From Octopus sinensis (taxonomy: Eukaryota): a DNA stretch of 64,000 nucleotides. Position numbers and translations under genes: made by a program. The stretch spans positions 2,666,001 through 2,730,000 of the forward strand of contig NC_043020.1 in NCBI RefSeq assembly GCF_006345805.1. Reading direction: 5' to 3'. Below, piece after piece: positions 39,603-54,041 of the stretch (position 1 is the stretch's first letter; every line of letters begins with the position of its first letter). The notes under the pieces were generated by a model. That model saw nothing but the letters and a program-made list of their open reading frames with translations, was not told where the DNA came from and did no database searches.

Positions 39603-41835
39603 CTGTAGTGGTTAAGAAAAAAATGGGAATTTATATTATATATGAGGCGTGGACGCCAGGGAAATATGTCTTGTGTATTACATATGATATACAGTTAAAT
39701 AAGGGGTTAACACAGACAGGATGGTCACAGCTGGAATGTCTAAGTTACCTCTGGGACTAATCAACAGCAATGTCATAGACTAGCACCTGTAATTTCTTGC
39801 TATATATCTATTGAGTTCAGTAAGTTAGCATGGAGGTAACTATCCATAAGGGACCTGTTCTCAGCCTTGTTGTATAAATTATATAAATCTCAAGGACCCA
39901 ACCGCGTAAAAATTGTGGAAATTACTATTTTATGGCTGTTTTTAAGAAGTTTGCTTTGCAACATAGCCTTAGGTTCAATCCTGCCGCAAAGGACCTCAAG
40001 ACTGACTGTCCATAGTCACAACTTGTAGTTGAATCCACTGAAGAAATTTGTTTAGTAGAAACTTATAGTCAAAATGTCTAAGGTAGAATTCTTCACCTGT
40101 AAGAGAGAATACAGGACTTTACTGCTGTCTTTTAAGGGGCTATGCATGATATGCAGAGAACTAGTTGGTATCATCATGGGTCAGAGGGAGTTGAGGTAGA
40201 TTTTCTACAACCAAATGTCCATCTTGTTGCCAACCCTCACCTGTTTCCATGCAAGGTCACATTTCCCTATGACCAGACAGAAGACTGGACATGAATGACA
40301 CTGCTTTATGGCAGTGAAACTCATTTACAGTTGTTATGTGATGTCTAAAACAAGGAGACACAAACGAACATACAAATGCATACATATCTCTGTCTTTCAT
40401 CATCGTTTAACGTCCGCTTTCCATGCTAGCATGGGTTGGACGATTTTGACTGAGGGCTGGTGAACCAGATGGCTGCACCAGGCTCCAATCTTGATCTGGC
40501 AGAGTTTCTACAATCTCATAGACTAATGACTGGAACAAGTTAAAGATAGATATATAAACCCACACACACGTACTCCTTTCAGTTTCTGTCTTTCTAATTC
40601 ACTCACAAGGATTTGATTAGCCCTGTGCTGTAGTTGAAGACACTTGCCCAATATCTCACATAGTGTGGTTGGTTGAGAAGCAGACTTCTTACCACACAGC
40701 CATGCTTTGTGTCTATTGGCAGAATTCTATATTGTATGCCTCATGTAAATTATGAGTGATAAGATAGGCAGTGGGACCACACACAAGCTGACAGAAAATT
40801 ACTTCTTTATGCAGCACAAATGTAGTTAGCAGTAAAAGCACCCATGATACAATTTTTTTCAAAGGCACACAATAAGTAGTTGTTGGTTCTGTTACCTTGG
40901 TGATCGAATTTGCAGTGGGGAGCTGAATGTTCCCAAATCAAACTAACTAGAGGGACATCTCTTTAGAATGCTGTTATTCCTATTAGCAACAAAGAGACAC
41001 GCTACCAGTGTGCAGGCCTGAGATTATAAGGTGTAATTCTACCTGGGTGGGGGAACAACAAGAGCATTGAATACAGAAGATGTATGAAGGGTGGATACAA
41101 ATGAAGGTACCTTGCTCCTCAACATGTAAAATGTAAGGGTGCATGACAGATTATGCTGAGGGGTAGAGGGGGGGGGGAAGTAGCGGTATAAAAAGAATCG
41201 ACTGTAGTAAGAGAAGACACTATTGGTATAATAGATGAAGGTTTTGATGGTACGTTAAAATATGCCAGAGAATCAAAGTAGATGGTAATTAGTAACTGGC
41301 AAGAATTGGTGAAGCAATGCACAGACAAATGTCCATGTGTACATGGGCAATCAGAATGGAGTCTGATGAGTTATATATATATATATATATACATTTGGAT
41401 GTGTGGGTGTGTATATGTATGTAAATGTCAGTATATATATATATATATATATATATATGTAATATGAATTTTAAGCTTATAGGCATTCAAGGTGTTGACT
41501 AACAAAAATAGTCTAATATTGGAGCATATAAACCCCTTATATGCCCCATTATTAAACTATTTTCTTCAGTCAATACAGTGAAAAATTATAAGCTTAAAGC
41601 ATATAATTAATTATTATTTACAGAATTTTCACTCATCATTTATTCATTTAATACAATATATATGTTTTCTACTTTGACTTTTTTTCCATATATATATATA
41701 TAATGCTAATAAGAAGAAAAAGAAAGACTTTGATACATCTTTACTGATCAGTTATAATTGTTTCTATATGTATATCTATATAGATATACATATAAAAACA
41801 ATATGTATATGTATGCATGTATGTGTATATATATA

Positions 41836-42110
41836 TTAAAGTAATAAAGTTAATGTCTGGTCATAGAGTGATCAATGTTTTCACATCCACAAAAGCTGTA
41901 TCTTTGCAGAAGACTCCTCAGACTCGAGTCCAGAGACAATTTCGACTCTTTCCCTTTCGGAGGTAGAAAATAGGTTGGTACTTCCCAGAAGTGAAGAGTT
42001 AAAAGTTGCCTTTGGACTGAGAGTCTGATGAGTCATCTGTGAAGCTACAGCTTCCGTGGATGCAAGACCATTGATCATTCTATGACCAGGCATTAACTTT
42101 ATTGCTTTAA
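41836..42110. repeat. About 275-bp fold-back element with a hammerhead-like motif in each arm
   Basis: TTAAAGTAATAAAGTTAATGTCTGGTCATAGAGTGATCAATG pairs with CATTGATCATTCTATGACCAGGCATTAACTTTATTGCTTTAA, and pairing continues inward; CTGATGA at 42025(+) and CTGAGGA at 41921(-). Confidence 0.8.
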
Positions 42111-43689
42111 GTATTTACTGCTGTATACTTCTTTTTCAGATATGTCATACATTGACAATATGCACACACACACATGCATATTGAGATATCTATATATATA
42201 TGTATGTATGTATGTATACACACACACACATATATGTAGATATATATATATAATCAAAATAATACTTACAACTGTTAATAAAATGTTGTAGTGCGAAACA
42301 ATTGTACCAAATTACCAGAGTCATTCTTGTTGCTTATTTTGATTATAATCACCCCACAAATTTTTATGGATAACACCATACAAAATTCTGGTGCATCTAA
42401 ATTAAGTACCATATTCATTTGAATCTAAATTGTTGCTGAACTTTATATATATATATATATTATATATATATAATATATATATATATATAATATATATATA
42501 TATACTACACGGTGAAGCTACACATTAGCGTCGTATTTTTACGTTCGCTATTTCCAGTAAATATCGGTACTTAGTTGTGCCATTTATTTACTAATTTATA
42601 TATATATATATATATATGTTTGTATTCAAATATTAATTTGAAGCAGCATTAGTGTTGTAAACATTATCACACACACGCACTCAATGCGTGTGCTTTGCTT
42701 GTTTGCCAGTAGGCTACCGTATAGCTTGGTGAAGATTACTATCCCAATGTGTTGGCTGTTAAACACACCTGAAAGTCATAGACAGGTTAGACAACTCACT
42801 GCAAATCCCATTCAGGAGCGATGGACATCAACGTTTCACCATTTTTGTGGCTTATCAACATCACGTACATGAACCCAATTGGATGTGAACTGATGTTGTT
42901 GTCCCCGTTAGATCATACCTAAAAGCTTGAATAAGGGACCTGCCAAACACCAGACATATTCAGTAGCCCTCAACACATATAGGCCTCTTGCCCCTATGAT
43001 AATTACTGCCTTTACTCTGAAATTAGCATACCCAGTAGGTAGTTTCGACGTTTCTTTATAGAGCTGGCAGAAGCTCTAGCACGCTGGGCGAAATGCTTAG
43101 CCGTATTTCGTCTGCCGCTACGTTCTGAGTTCAAATTCCACCGAGGTCAACTTTGCCTTTCATCCTTTCGGGGTCGATAAATTAAGTACCAGTTACTCAC
43201 TGGGGTAGATGTAATCGACTTTATCCCTTTGTCTGTCCTTGTTTGTCCCCTCTATGTTTAGCCCCTTGTGGGCAATAAAGAAATATCTTTATACATGATG
43301 TGCTCACCTATTCCCATCCTCACCACCTATACTGGAAACCTCTCTTCTGTACCTGAATCCCTCTTGGCATCTCTTCTTCAGTAGTCTTTCATCCACATTA
43401 TTGCAGTACTCATGCTGCAGTTTGTATTCTTTGCAGCAAAATGCGATTGAAGAGTACCTATCAACTAATTAACTATTTTAGTATTAACAATGCTTGCATT
43501 GCACTCCACTATTTCTACTATTCTTCATTTACCAATCTTTGTATAGCACTCACTTCAGGTAGAAACATCTTGTGTAACATGAATAAATGATAGATTAAAT
43601 ATGAAGACGATTGTTATGACATGTCTTTTGGCTCATCATAGAAACCTTTTTTTCAGATGCAGAATCCCATCCCCTTTCTTCCTGCTCCC

Positions 43690-44430
43690 TCTCTCCTCCA
43701 CCTTCACATCCTTAAAGTAGGCACAATGATAGGTAGGCCTGGTGAGATTGTCGAGATGCTTGAACGGAGACATATCAATGTGTGCTGCATTCAAGAATAT
43801 GGAGGGGGTGCTTCAACCAGTTTCCTCACAGGCAAAAATCATGAGCATAAAATCTTCTGGGAAGGCAACAGTGACTGGGTAGGTGGTGTGGGCATACTCC
43901 TAGTTGAGAAATGGGTGTATAAGGTGATTGGGGTTGTCAGAGTGTGCAATAGGGTACCTAAGCTTAGACTGGTTTTGCTAAATAGTACAGCGACAATTAT
44001 CTCTGCCTATATCCTCAAATGAGCCTGCCAAATGAACAAGAGGATCGTTTTTATGGTATTCTTTTGTAGACTACCTCAAAGACAAATGACAGTGACCTTC
44101 TCTTCAGTCAACATGTTGGGCATGTTTCCTGCGGTGTGCATGGTGGCCGTGAAGTTGATTCCCATAAAGGGAACGAGGCTTCTAGAGTTCTGTGATGCAA
44201 ATAACCTAATGATCTGTAATACCAATCTAATAACTTAATGATCTATAATGATCAGGAAGCCTGCTAGTCACCAGAGACAGTCTATCAATCTGGTGGCCAA
44301 GCAAGCCAGATTGGCTGCATTCTCACTAGAAAGCAAGATACATGGTTGCTCAAAAATACAAAGACCTTCTCTGATGAAGAATGTACCCCCTCAGCATACG
44401 TTATTTATTAGCGACTTCAGAGTACAGGCT
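43690..44430 (+). mobile_element. RTE-clade LINE APE endonuclease fragment (degraded)
   Basis: VGTMIGR..EIVEMLERRHINVCCIQE...GGVGILL...IISAY...GTRLLEFCDANNLMICNT. Confidence 0.85.
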
Positions 44431-44435
44431 ATATA

Positions 44436-44822
44436 TATACACAAACTACTGGATTTACTTCAGGAATTCCTTATGTCCATCATATATATAACGTATAAGA
44501 AAAAGAGAAAATGGAATTGATGAGATGCTTTATTAATCACTATGATCGTTTCGACCCATTGCGCATTGGTCCCTCACAGGTGAAATACTATACAACTTGT
44601 GTTGCATTTTCTAATCACTATGCTTGTTTCAACCCATCTGCACCAAATGATGCAACTCAACCAGTTGTACAGAATCTCACCTGTGAGGGACCAATGCACA
44701 GTGGGTCGAAACAGTCGGAGTGATTAATAAAAAATCTCATGAATTCCATTTTCTCTTTCTCTCCTATGTTATATATTTGACGGAGACAAATGAATTTTTG
44801 AAGTAAATCCAGTGGTGCGTAT
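44436..44822. repeat. About 390-bp fold-back element with arms of about 165 bp
   Basis: 44446-44608 is an imperfect reverse complement of 44648-44815 (e.g. CTACTGGATTTACTTCA / TGAAGTAAATCCAGTGG); starts in a TA run. Confidence 0.85.
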
Positions 44823-47099
44823 ATCCATATTGTTTGATATCAGGTAGGCCGAAGACAGTGAATGTACTTTCAACAGCATACAAGATAATATCTATATATA
44901 TATATATACATACACCCATATACACACTCTCGTAATGATGTGCTGTACAGTGGGATTGAACAAGAAACCTTAGGGTTGGAAAGTGAGCTTCTTAACCACA
45001 GTCATATCTCTGCCTGTTTGGGGTAAAAATAAATTTTAAATTAATTTCATTCATACTTATTTAAGTTAATCATATTTCACAATTATGCAATTATACATTT
45101 GCTGGTGTTTATCTTAATGAAACAGCTGTTGAGCATAATTAAAGTATGACTTGTATGTAAAAAGGTTTACTTTTATTATAAATTGCCCTTGAAGAGTTTT
45201 TTAGCTTATTAAAATCAGTCCCACTTGAATTTACTGCAATGTAATAGGTTTTAATGATGTGTCATTAATTGAAATCTTAATAGTTGTGGATTTATTCTTT
45301 GTTTATACATGTATGTATATATATATATATATGTACATGTATGTATATATATGTATGTATGTGTGTGTGTGTGCCTAAAATGGAATTAGGAATTCCTTTT
45401 ATTAGAGAGTCCAGAATCTTGCTAGTAATACCTGTGGTCATATTTCACTGGAGACAGATGGAGCAGAAGATCACTGCTGTTTGCTTACCTTGAAATGTGA
45501 GCCCCTCTCTCTCTTACTGTGTTGAAATTTCATTTTGGATGTGTTTGCAAGGGCAGCTGTGCTGTTGGTTGACCTAATTACGCGGTACATTTGTCATAAA
45601 ACACTTAAAACAAAAGCAGGTTAGGTATTCATCTGAAGGCCTCTAGAAGAACTGCTATCATATCTGTCTGGCATGAGACAGCATTTATATTTGAAACCTA
45701 GTTAATGGTCGCCACACATGCACGCACACACACAGGGTATATGCACTTATGCATACGGTTGTATATATGTGTGTATACATGTATGTGTGTATATACATGT
45801 ATATGGAAGAGGGTGCTTAAAAGTTTCTGACTTTGGGTAAAAGCAAATACAGGAGGATCAGTTAATTGTGATTTTATTCAACATATTCCCATCTCAGATT
45901 CACACACTTATTGCAGCGGCCCTTCAGTTTTTCTAAGGCTTGTAAAAGAACTCGGAAGTTTGGACTTTCAACTAGGCCTTTTATGATACCTTTAAAGCCA
46001 GGTACTTTTCAGGCCCCTTTCTGTGTATATATTATTTTACTCTTTTACTTGTTTCAGTTATTTGACTGCGGCCATGCTGGAACACCGCATTTAGTCAAAC
46101 AAATTGACCCCGGGACTGAAATTGTTGCTTTATGTAGCAAGGGGCCCGTGTCCAGAAAGATATCCCAGTGAAAGCTTCGTCCTGATTTTTATCAGACAAG
46201 TGACTACAAATGATTTAGTAAATCAAGGCAGATGTCATGCTACGACTCTTTAAATTGGTGAAGTGATGATTCATTGTCTTCGTGTTGCATCATACATTTT
46301 GCATTTAGCCATGTCAGAGAAGCACAGTTGCCATCTGTCAGCATGAAGTAATATTGTAGTTCTGAACACAGAATAAAAAAGAACAAATGGAGTGTCAAGG
46401 CTGAATATCTTTGACTGCCATGGGTGGACTTCATTAGTCTCTATGCTCAACAACAGCAAAAATCGGTCTTCTCCCCTTCTCCACCACCTTTGTAGAATCA
46501 ATTTCAGCTCTTGCTTGGAATCCACTTCTTTTTCAATTAAAATATATCAATATCTCAACATTGTGTTTTCATCATTTTCCCTCAGAAAATTAACCAAATC
46601 TTGGTTTGTATGCCACTGGATAAATGGACACGCTAATTATCATGTGAATTTTAACTAATTACTAGACTAATATTATTGGTAGAGATAGTGGATTAGCAGA
46701 AACGATATTGCATGCCTCTTTTTCTTTCCTAGACGTGGCTGTGTGGTAAGAAGCTTACTTCCCAACCACATGGTTCAGGGTTCAGTCTCACTGTGTGGCA
46801 GTTTGGGCAAATGTCTTCTTCTATAGCCCCGGGCCTGGCACTGTCTTCCTGCACCCCAGATCATGCAGGATGCACCTCAAGGCCTCAAATTTCTGCAGTA
46901 ATGGCTCAAAGGCCAAAACGTACAGGAGGGAGGAGAGGGGGCATCCTTGGCAGACTGATCTTAGGATGCAGGACGGCTCTCAAAGATGACCACTCACCTG
47001 AACTACCGACTGAATGTTGCTGTATAAGGCGGTGATCCAACCACGGAAATCCGGGCCAAACCTGGCAACCTCGAAGACTGCCATCAGATAGCGATGTTC

Positions 47100-47410
47100 A
47101 ACCCTATCAAACGCTTTTAACTGATCTAAATGTATCAGTGCCCCTCCCATTGTTAATCACCTTGTTTATGGTGTGCCATATGAGGTGGAGGTTGTTGTCG
47201 TTGATTGTTCTGGATGGGATGGCACATGTTTGTGCATCCCCACCCAGTCTATTTGTGACAAGTGCCTCTCTCTTGACTAGCACCTTGGCCAAAATCTTCA
47301 GCTCCACATTGAGCAGTGATGGGCCTGCAGTTATCTATTATGTCCCCCTTGTTTTAGTCCTTCCTTAGCAGCACAACGGTCCCCTTGTCACGCAAGATGC
47401 CTCTGAAGAA
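47100..47410 (-). mobile_element. Tx1/L1-clade RT fragment
   Basis: ELKILAKVL...QTCAIPSRTINDN...LDQLKAFDRV. Confidence 0.8.
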
Positions 47411-47439
47411 TGTATGTATATATATATATATGTGTGTGT

Positions 47440-47474
<35 letters not shown>

Positions 47475-48417
47475 GTGTGTGTGTATATGTGTATGTATAT
47501 ATGTATACATGTATATATGTTTATGCATACATGTATATATATATATGTATATAGGTGCATATATATGTATATAGGTGCATATATATGTATATAGGTGTAT
47601 ATATATGTATATAGGTGTATATATGTGTATATATATATGTGTATTTATATGTGTATATATATATGTATATATGTGTGTATTTATATGTGTATATATATAT
47701 GTATATATGTGTATGTATATATGTGTGTTATATATATGTATATATGTGTATGTATATATGTGTGTATATATATGTGTGTATATATGTGTGTGTATATATG
47801 TGTGTATATATGTGTGTATATATATGTGTGTATATATGTGTATATATGTGTGTATATATGTGTGTATATATATATATGTATATATATGTGTGTATATATA
47901 TGTATATATATGTGTGTATATATATATGTATATATATGTGTGTGCATATATATGTGTTCTTGTCACAGTTTGTATTTTTCTACATATAATATATGTATAT
48001 ATATGTGTGTGTATATATATGTATATATATGTGTGTGTGTATATATATGTATATATATGTATATATGTGTGTGTATATATATGTATATATGTGTGTGTAT
48101 ATATATGTATATATGTGTGTGTATATATATATATATGTATATATTTATTTGTATATGTGTGTATATATATATATGTATATATGTGTGTATATATATGTAT
48201 AATATGTGTGTATATATGTGTGTGTATATATATATGTATATATACGTGTATATGTGTGTGTGTATATATATGTATATATACGTGTATATGTGTGTTTGTA
48301 TATATATATATGTGTACGTGCATGTATATATATATATATATATATACACACACAACACATATATATATATATACACACACACACACATATATATATTATA
48401 CACACACACACATATAT

Positions 48418-48478
<61 letters not shown>
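47410..48478. repeat. About 1-kb compound (TA)/(TG) microsatellite
   Basis: Read directly; source of the 284-332 aa spurious ORFs. Confidence 0.95.
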
Positions 48479-48479
<1 letters not shown>

Positions 48480-51195
48480 GCCATTTACATGTCTATCTAT
48501 CTCCCCCACTCTCTGTTCCGTTCTCCGCCGGTTACTAAAATTCGAAACTAAAGCTGTCTCCGCTATTTCCATCAACATTTTCGAAAATACAACAACGTCC
48601 TTTTCTCATATCTCCTCAAATCGCTATCCCACCCCCTAATCTCTCTCTCTCTCCCTCGCTTAATCTCTCACTCTTCTCCTCTCTTATTCTCTCTCTCTGT
48701 ATTCGTTACTCTCTCTCAGTCACTCTCACCGCTTCTCCCTTCTCCCTCCTTCTTCTTCTCCTTCCTCGTTCATTCATTCTCTTTGCTGTGTCTGTGCGTC
48801 GGGATATTATATACTGTAAGTAGCAGAACATGATTTTACTCCGTCTCTCTTTTTATTACACCCTTTATACATACATGTACATATATATAGATATATATAT
48901 AGATAAATAGATAGATAAATATATATATATATATACACACACACACATATAGATAGATAGATAGATAGATAAATATGGTACTAGAGACGAAAGATCGCCA
49001 TATATATATATATATACACACATATAGATAGATAGATAAATATATATATATGTATATATACACACACATAGATAGATAGATATAGCTATACTTATAATAT
49101 ATATCTATATATATGTGCATGCAGTGTGTATTGTTATTGGTCAAGCCCCGCTTTGACGTTCCACCTTTGACCATCCAGTCTTTTTGTATATCCAGGGCTA
49201 CATTATTCAATATGCCCTTCTATTTTTTTTTTTTTTTTGTATTTAAAAGAAAAAGTGATAGGGTGTGGTTGATAGAGATTTGACTGCTATTTCTAAAAGG
49301 TCGCGCCACCATGTAAGAGGGTTCCCTCCTTGTTGGCTTAACATGTACGTTTCAGTATTGGTGTTATGTCAGCTATTTTCTTCTCCATCGCATCTCTTGT
49401 AGGAATTAGTATGGTTTTTTGTTGGGTGCTTGTTTAAATAAACCTTGTTTATAATATAGTAGAGTATGATTTTTGAAAGAGGTTTTGCTGCTATTTCTTG
49501 CAAGTCTTGTGACCACTTAAAAACCTTCCTGGTTGTGTCGATGGGGGAAATTTTTATTGATGGCTGGGGTAATAATATATGGGAGCAGATTTCGAATAAC
49601 CTGAGTGTTTGTGGTGCTATACCGAAGTAAAAATTAAAAATTTGCCTGTTTTCTTTTCTATTTTACTCTTGTCTCTATACAAATTCCGCGACCCTCTTGT
49701 CTGATTTTGGCCATTTCAAATTTGCCATTTGAATTATCGATATTAACAAGAAAAGAAAAAGGCAATACGGAAAGAAAGGTTTCATGAGAAATAGTATTTA
49801 ACAGGTTTACATCGAAGATATTTAATTAACAGTGCATCATTCGCTTCTTGGTGGTGGTCGTGGTTCTGGCTTGGCGACCTCCTTTCATTCGCTTCTCAAG
49901 TTCTACCTTTTTTCTTTTTCCTATTTGTTCACTTTGCTATTTTATATTATCACTAATGGGTTGTAAGTTGTTTAACCTCGGCACTGACCTATGATCGCAT
50001 GCATTTCACTTGTAACTATTTGAATGCAATGCTCCAATGTCTTGTGACAAACTAAAACAGACCAATGAACATATTGTCGATTTATCTGAAACCCTGGACT
50101 ACACTACATTATATAATATAAGTCGGTGCTTTTTTTTTTAAGACAACGGGTATTAAAGAGGTGGAACGGACGAAACGGTTTACAATCTTTTTCGATCCAC
50201 ACTACACAAGGATGGGCCTTCTTAAAAGCTTTATTTAAAATAGTATTAAACAGTTTTAAAAGAGAGATGTGTGTGCACGCATTGGCCTTTACTACAAAGG
50301 AATCCATATGCACCGGTGTGATGCATTAAAAACCACTAAAGTCTCGTTTTATTTAAGGCCTGGCGCTGGAAACCAACATAAATTTGCTATGAATGTCACA
50401 AGATAATAAATACAAAGACCCAGTCTTCAATGATGTCTAGGTTGATAAAGATTTTTAACATTGAATACAAGACGAGACCAGATATTCTGCGGAATACTTT
50501 TAGTGGGAATAAATCGGATAGGGCCAAGTACATGCATTGTACTTTGCTTTTCTACACTACAGGAAGTGATGTAAAGCAAAGTTGACCTCGGCAGGATTTG
50601 AACTCGGAACGTTAAACGTTAAATGGATTGGTGGAAGGGAAGGAAGGAAGAGAGGGAGGGAGGGAGGAGGTTATCCTCAAACCGGAGACTGGTCCTATTT
50701 ATTGTAGCGGAGTGAACTCCCTTAAAAGGGGCCCCGGTGATCGCGCGTGCGCGTGGTGATAATTGATCGTGATTAATCAAGATACATCCAGATGTATCCT
50801 TATAATTGCATCTGATATCGTCAGCTGACTTGAAAGGTGCTCATTACAATTCATCACTTCATTTCGACATATATATATATATATTTCTACGTTTCTTTAA
50901 ATATTTTAGCCGTTTTTTTTTTAATTATAGAATATGTTGTTTTATTCAATTATATAATATTCTCTTCACTAATGCTATTTAATTACCTTTCATTTATCGC
51001 ATCATCACTTTTTTTTTATTTTCTCCTATCATCACTGATGTCTGAAATATTTGGTCAAATGAGATGACGAATGGATTTAGCCTCAATTCAACTCTGCCGA
51101 GCAAACTTGTAATTGATTGCACTTCAACTGCGACTTACTCCGGCATTTTCGGGACGCATCCAGTACTATATTATAGGGTATAGCATTTCCCCACC

Positions 51196-51268
<73 letters not shown>

Positions 51269-51689
51269 TATGTGTGTGTGCATTCAGTTACGAATTAAAA
51301 AGCAGCACTTTTGTTGTAAGCATTATCGACTGCTCATAATTAATGTATAGGTTTACCTGTTCGCCGGTTCGCTGCAGGCTGGCGCTCTGGGGGGATGACC
51401 CCCTCATAGCAGTGGGTGTTAAAATACCTAAAAGTTATAGGTGGACGAGACAACACGCTCCAACCCCATCCAGGAATGAGTGATATTGATATTTCACCTG
51501 TTTTGTGGCTTTTCGTAAACAAAGAGACTCACACACATATATATGAAGTAAGGAATGGTTTGTGATTTGAGGAAGATCTGGTATGTTCTGTATAAGATGC
51601 TGGATGACCACTTCAAGGCATCTCTGGTTTAGGGATGCACCAGCACCTCAACTGCCACAGTGTCTCTTAGTCTTTTTTTTTTAGTCAAA

Positions 51690-52250
51690 GCACTTGATAG
51701 TTTCTGCTATTTAGATGACCAAACTAGTAATGGCAGTGGATGCTCTGAAAGTATTGTTTCTAGAATAAGAATAGGGTGGAGAAAGTTCAGAGAACTACCA
51801 TCTCTGTTGGCAGCAAAAGGACTCCTTCTCAAAGTGAAAGGTAGATTGTATGATGCTTGTTGCGTGGTAGTGAGACATGGGCTCTGACTGCGGAGGACAT
51901 GCATAGGCTGGAGAGGAATGAAGGTAGGATGCCCTGTTGGATTTGCAACATCAGTGTGCATGGCCGACAAAGCACAACTGTGTTGAGAGAAAAGTTAGGA
52001 ATAAGAAGAGGGATTAAATGTGGTCTGCAGAGAGGAGAATGCATTGGTTTGGACATGTGATGTGTATGAGTGAAGACAGCTGTATATAGAAGTGTCTGTC
52101 ACTGAAAGTGGACGGTACCTGTGGAAGAAGGAGACCCAGGAAGAGATGGGATGAAGTGGTGGGGACTCGTCTTAGGATATTGGGGGTTCACAGAGGAAAT
52201 GACAGTAGACCAAGATGTTTGGTAATATGAGGTCCTAGAAAAGACCTGTC
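51690..52250 (+). mobile_element. RTE-clade LINE RT C-terminal fragment
   Basis: DSFCYL...SRIRIGWRKFREL...KGRLYDAC...GSETWAL...RLERNE...LREKLGI. Confidence 0.85.
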
Positions 52251-53716
52251 CACGAAACAGTGCTTGAAGAGTCGTGTCCCACCCACTCTACCCTAAGAGA
52301 TCAAACTACAACTGGGCTGGCTAAGAAGATGCCACTCAAAATTACTATTAACTTTAGTGACAGTCCATGATAATCACCTGATTCTATTTTGCCAATTTGC
52401 ATGTGATGTAGATGTTCTTGAAATCATAGCGTGTGGGTCATTTCTTGGCCAGTTGAGAACCACAGATCTATAGCAACTGGGATGAAATTTTGAAACTTCC
52501 ACAACTGGTGTCTCTTTTGACAATGACCCAAGAGTGGTTAACTTCTTGGGAATTTACTCTAGACTTTAGGATGCAGCTATTTTCTCCAAACTATAAACCC
52601 TAAATCCATTCTAAATAATCTAGTGAAAATACACACACACGTATATATATTTATCATTGTCATCATCATCCTTTAATGTGTGTTTGCCATGCTGGCATGG
52701 GTTGGACAGTTTGACTAGAGTTGGTAAACCAGAGAGTTGTGCCAGGTTCTGGCCTGATTTGGCTTGGTTTCTACAGCTGGATGCCCTTCCTAATGCCAAC
52801 CACTTTACAGTGTGTATTGAGTGCTTTCAGTGTGGAACCAGCATGAGCAGTATTACATGGTGCCAGCACAAGACTTTTTGCAGGCCAATCTTTTTCACCA
52901 GTGGAGAGTGACCTTAACAGTTCTGCTGTAGAGGTTGTGTCTTCTTCACAATTCCAATGAATATGGAGATTAGGACATTTGCATATTTCTTATCTCTGTA
53001 GTCAGTTTGTACAACATGTTTGGTTTAAATGTGTCAGACGCATGTTTCTGCTGCATAGACAACCAGCAATTGCATTTACATCCAGTTACTTTCGACTGAT
53101 TATTAGTCTATGCATCTTTATTTAAGGTCCGTCCACAGATGTGGTTTGAAGCAAAAATTGTTATTTTGTTAGGTTACCATAGTTTTTGAGTGCAAAGAAT
53201 GTGAAAGGAAGAGTTGGAAACCTAATATGGCTACAAAGACTGCTGTGAGGTTGACCTTATCCTGACCTAGGTTTAACATTGGAATTGAGGATACTAGACC
53301 TTTAAATTGGGTCAAAGTACATTTTTTAAAACCCAAGCCATAAGTTGATTATGAATTAGAGGGAGTAACCCATTGGATGAAATAGGGTGGGATTGCTTAT
53401 CTTAAGTAATACTAGGTGCTTCTCACAACCCAATGCAGTTAGCCATATCCCAGTTTATAACTGGGTGTTCATACAGTACCCACCTGGATACATTATCCCT
53501 ATATATTCATTATCTGTATATATTTGTACATACACTTTCATTATGTATGATCACAATTGTCCCACAAATGGTAACGTGAAACTCTGAGTAACAGTTTGTG
53601 AAGATTTTTTTCAGCTTTAATATAAGCATATTACTCTACCTTTGGTATTCGAGTACTAATTTTTTGCTGTCTTGTTTTGCATTTATGTGCTTTCCTGTAT
53701 GTGTGTGTGTGTATAT

Positions 53717-53863
53717 ATAGTTGAAAAATATCGTTATTGGTATAAATACACCATAAACAATTATAGAAAAATGGAGAAGAAAAAGATGTTGCATCATCTT
53801 TTCCTCCTCCATTTTTCTATAATTGTTTGTGTATTTATACCTATAATGATATTTTTCAACTAT
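53717..53863. repeat. Near-perfect palindrome of about 147 bp
   Basis: ATAGTTGAAAAATATCG...TGATATTTTTCAACTAT; the ORFs on the two strands translate almost identically. Confidence 0.9.
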
Positions 53864-53992
53864 CTTCATATTCTTACTACTTGCTCTGGCTGTTTTTTTA
53901 TGAATATGGTGAATCTTTATTAGAAATCATTCTTTCTCTCTTTTGGGACCCTCTCAAAAAGTTTGAATAGTTCTCTTTTGAACTTATTTTTT

Positions 53993-54041
<49 letters not shown>

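Noticed and set aside
46260-46368. C/D box snoRNA (GTGATGA...CTGA)
   Set aside because: No clear terminal stem or recognisable rRNA-complementary guide; such short motifs are expected by chance.
47388-48551. Long ORFs of 284-332 aa, and similar ones at 7766-8234, 21091-21713 and 34245-34551
   Set aside because: Translations of (TA)/(TG)/(TACA) microsatellites.
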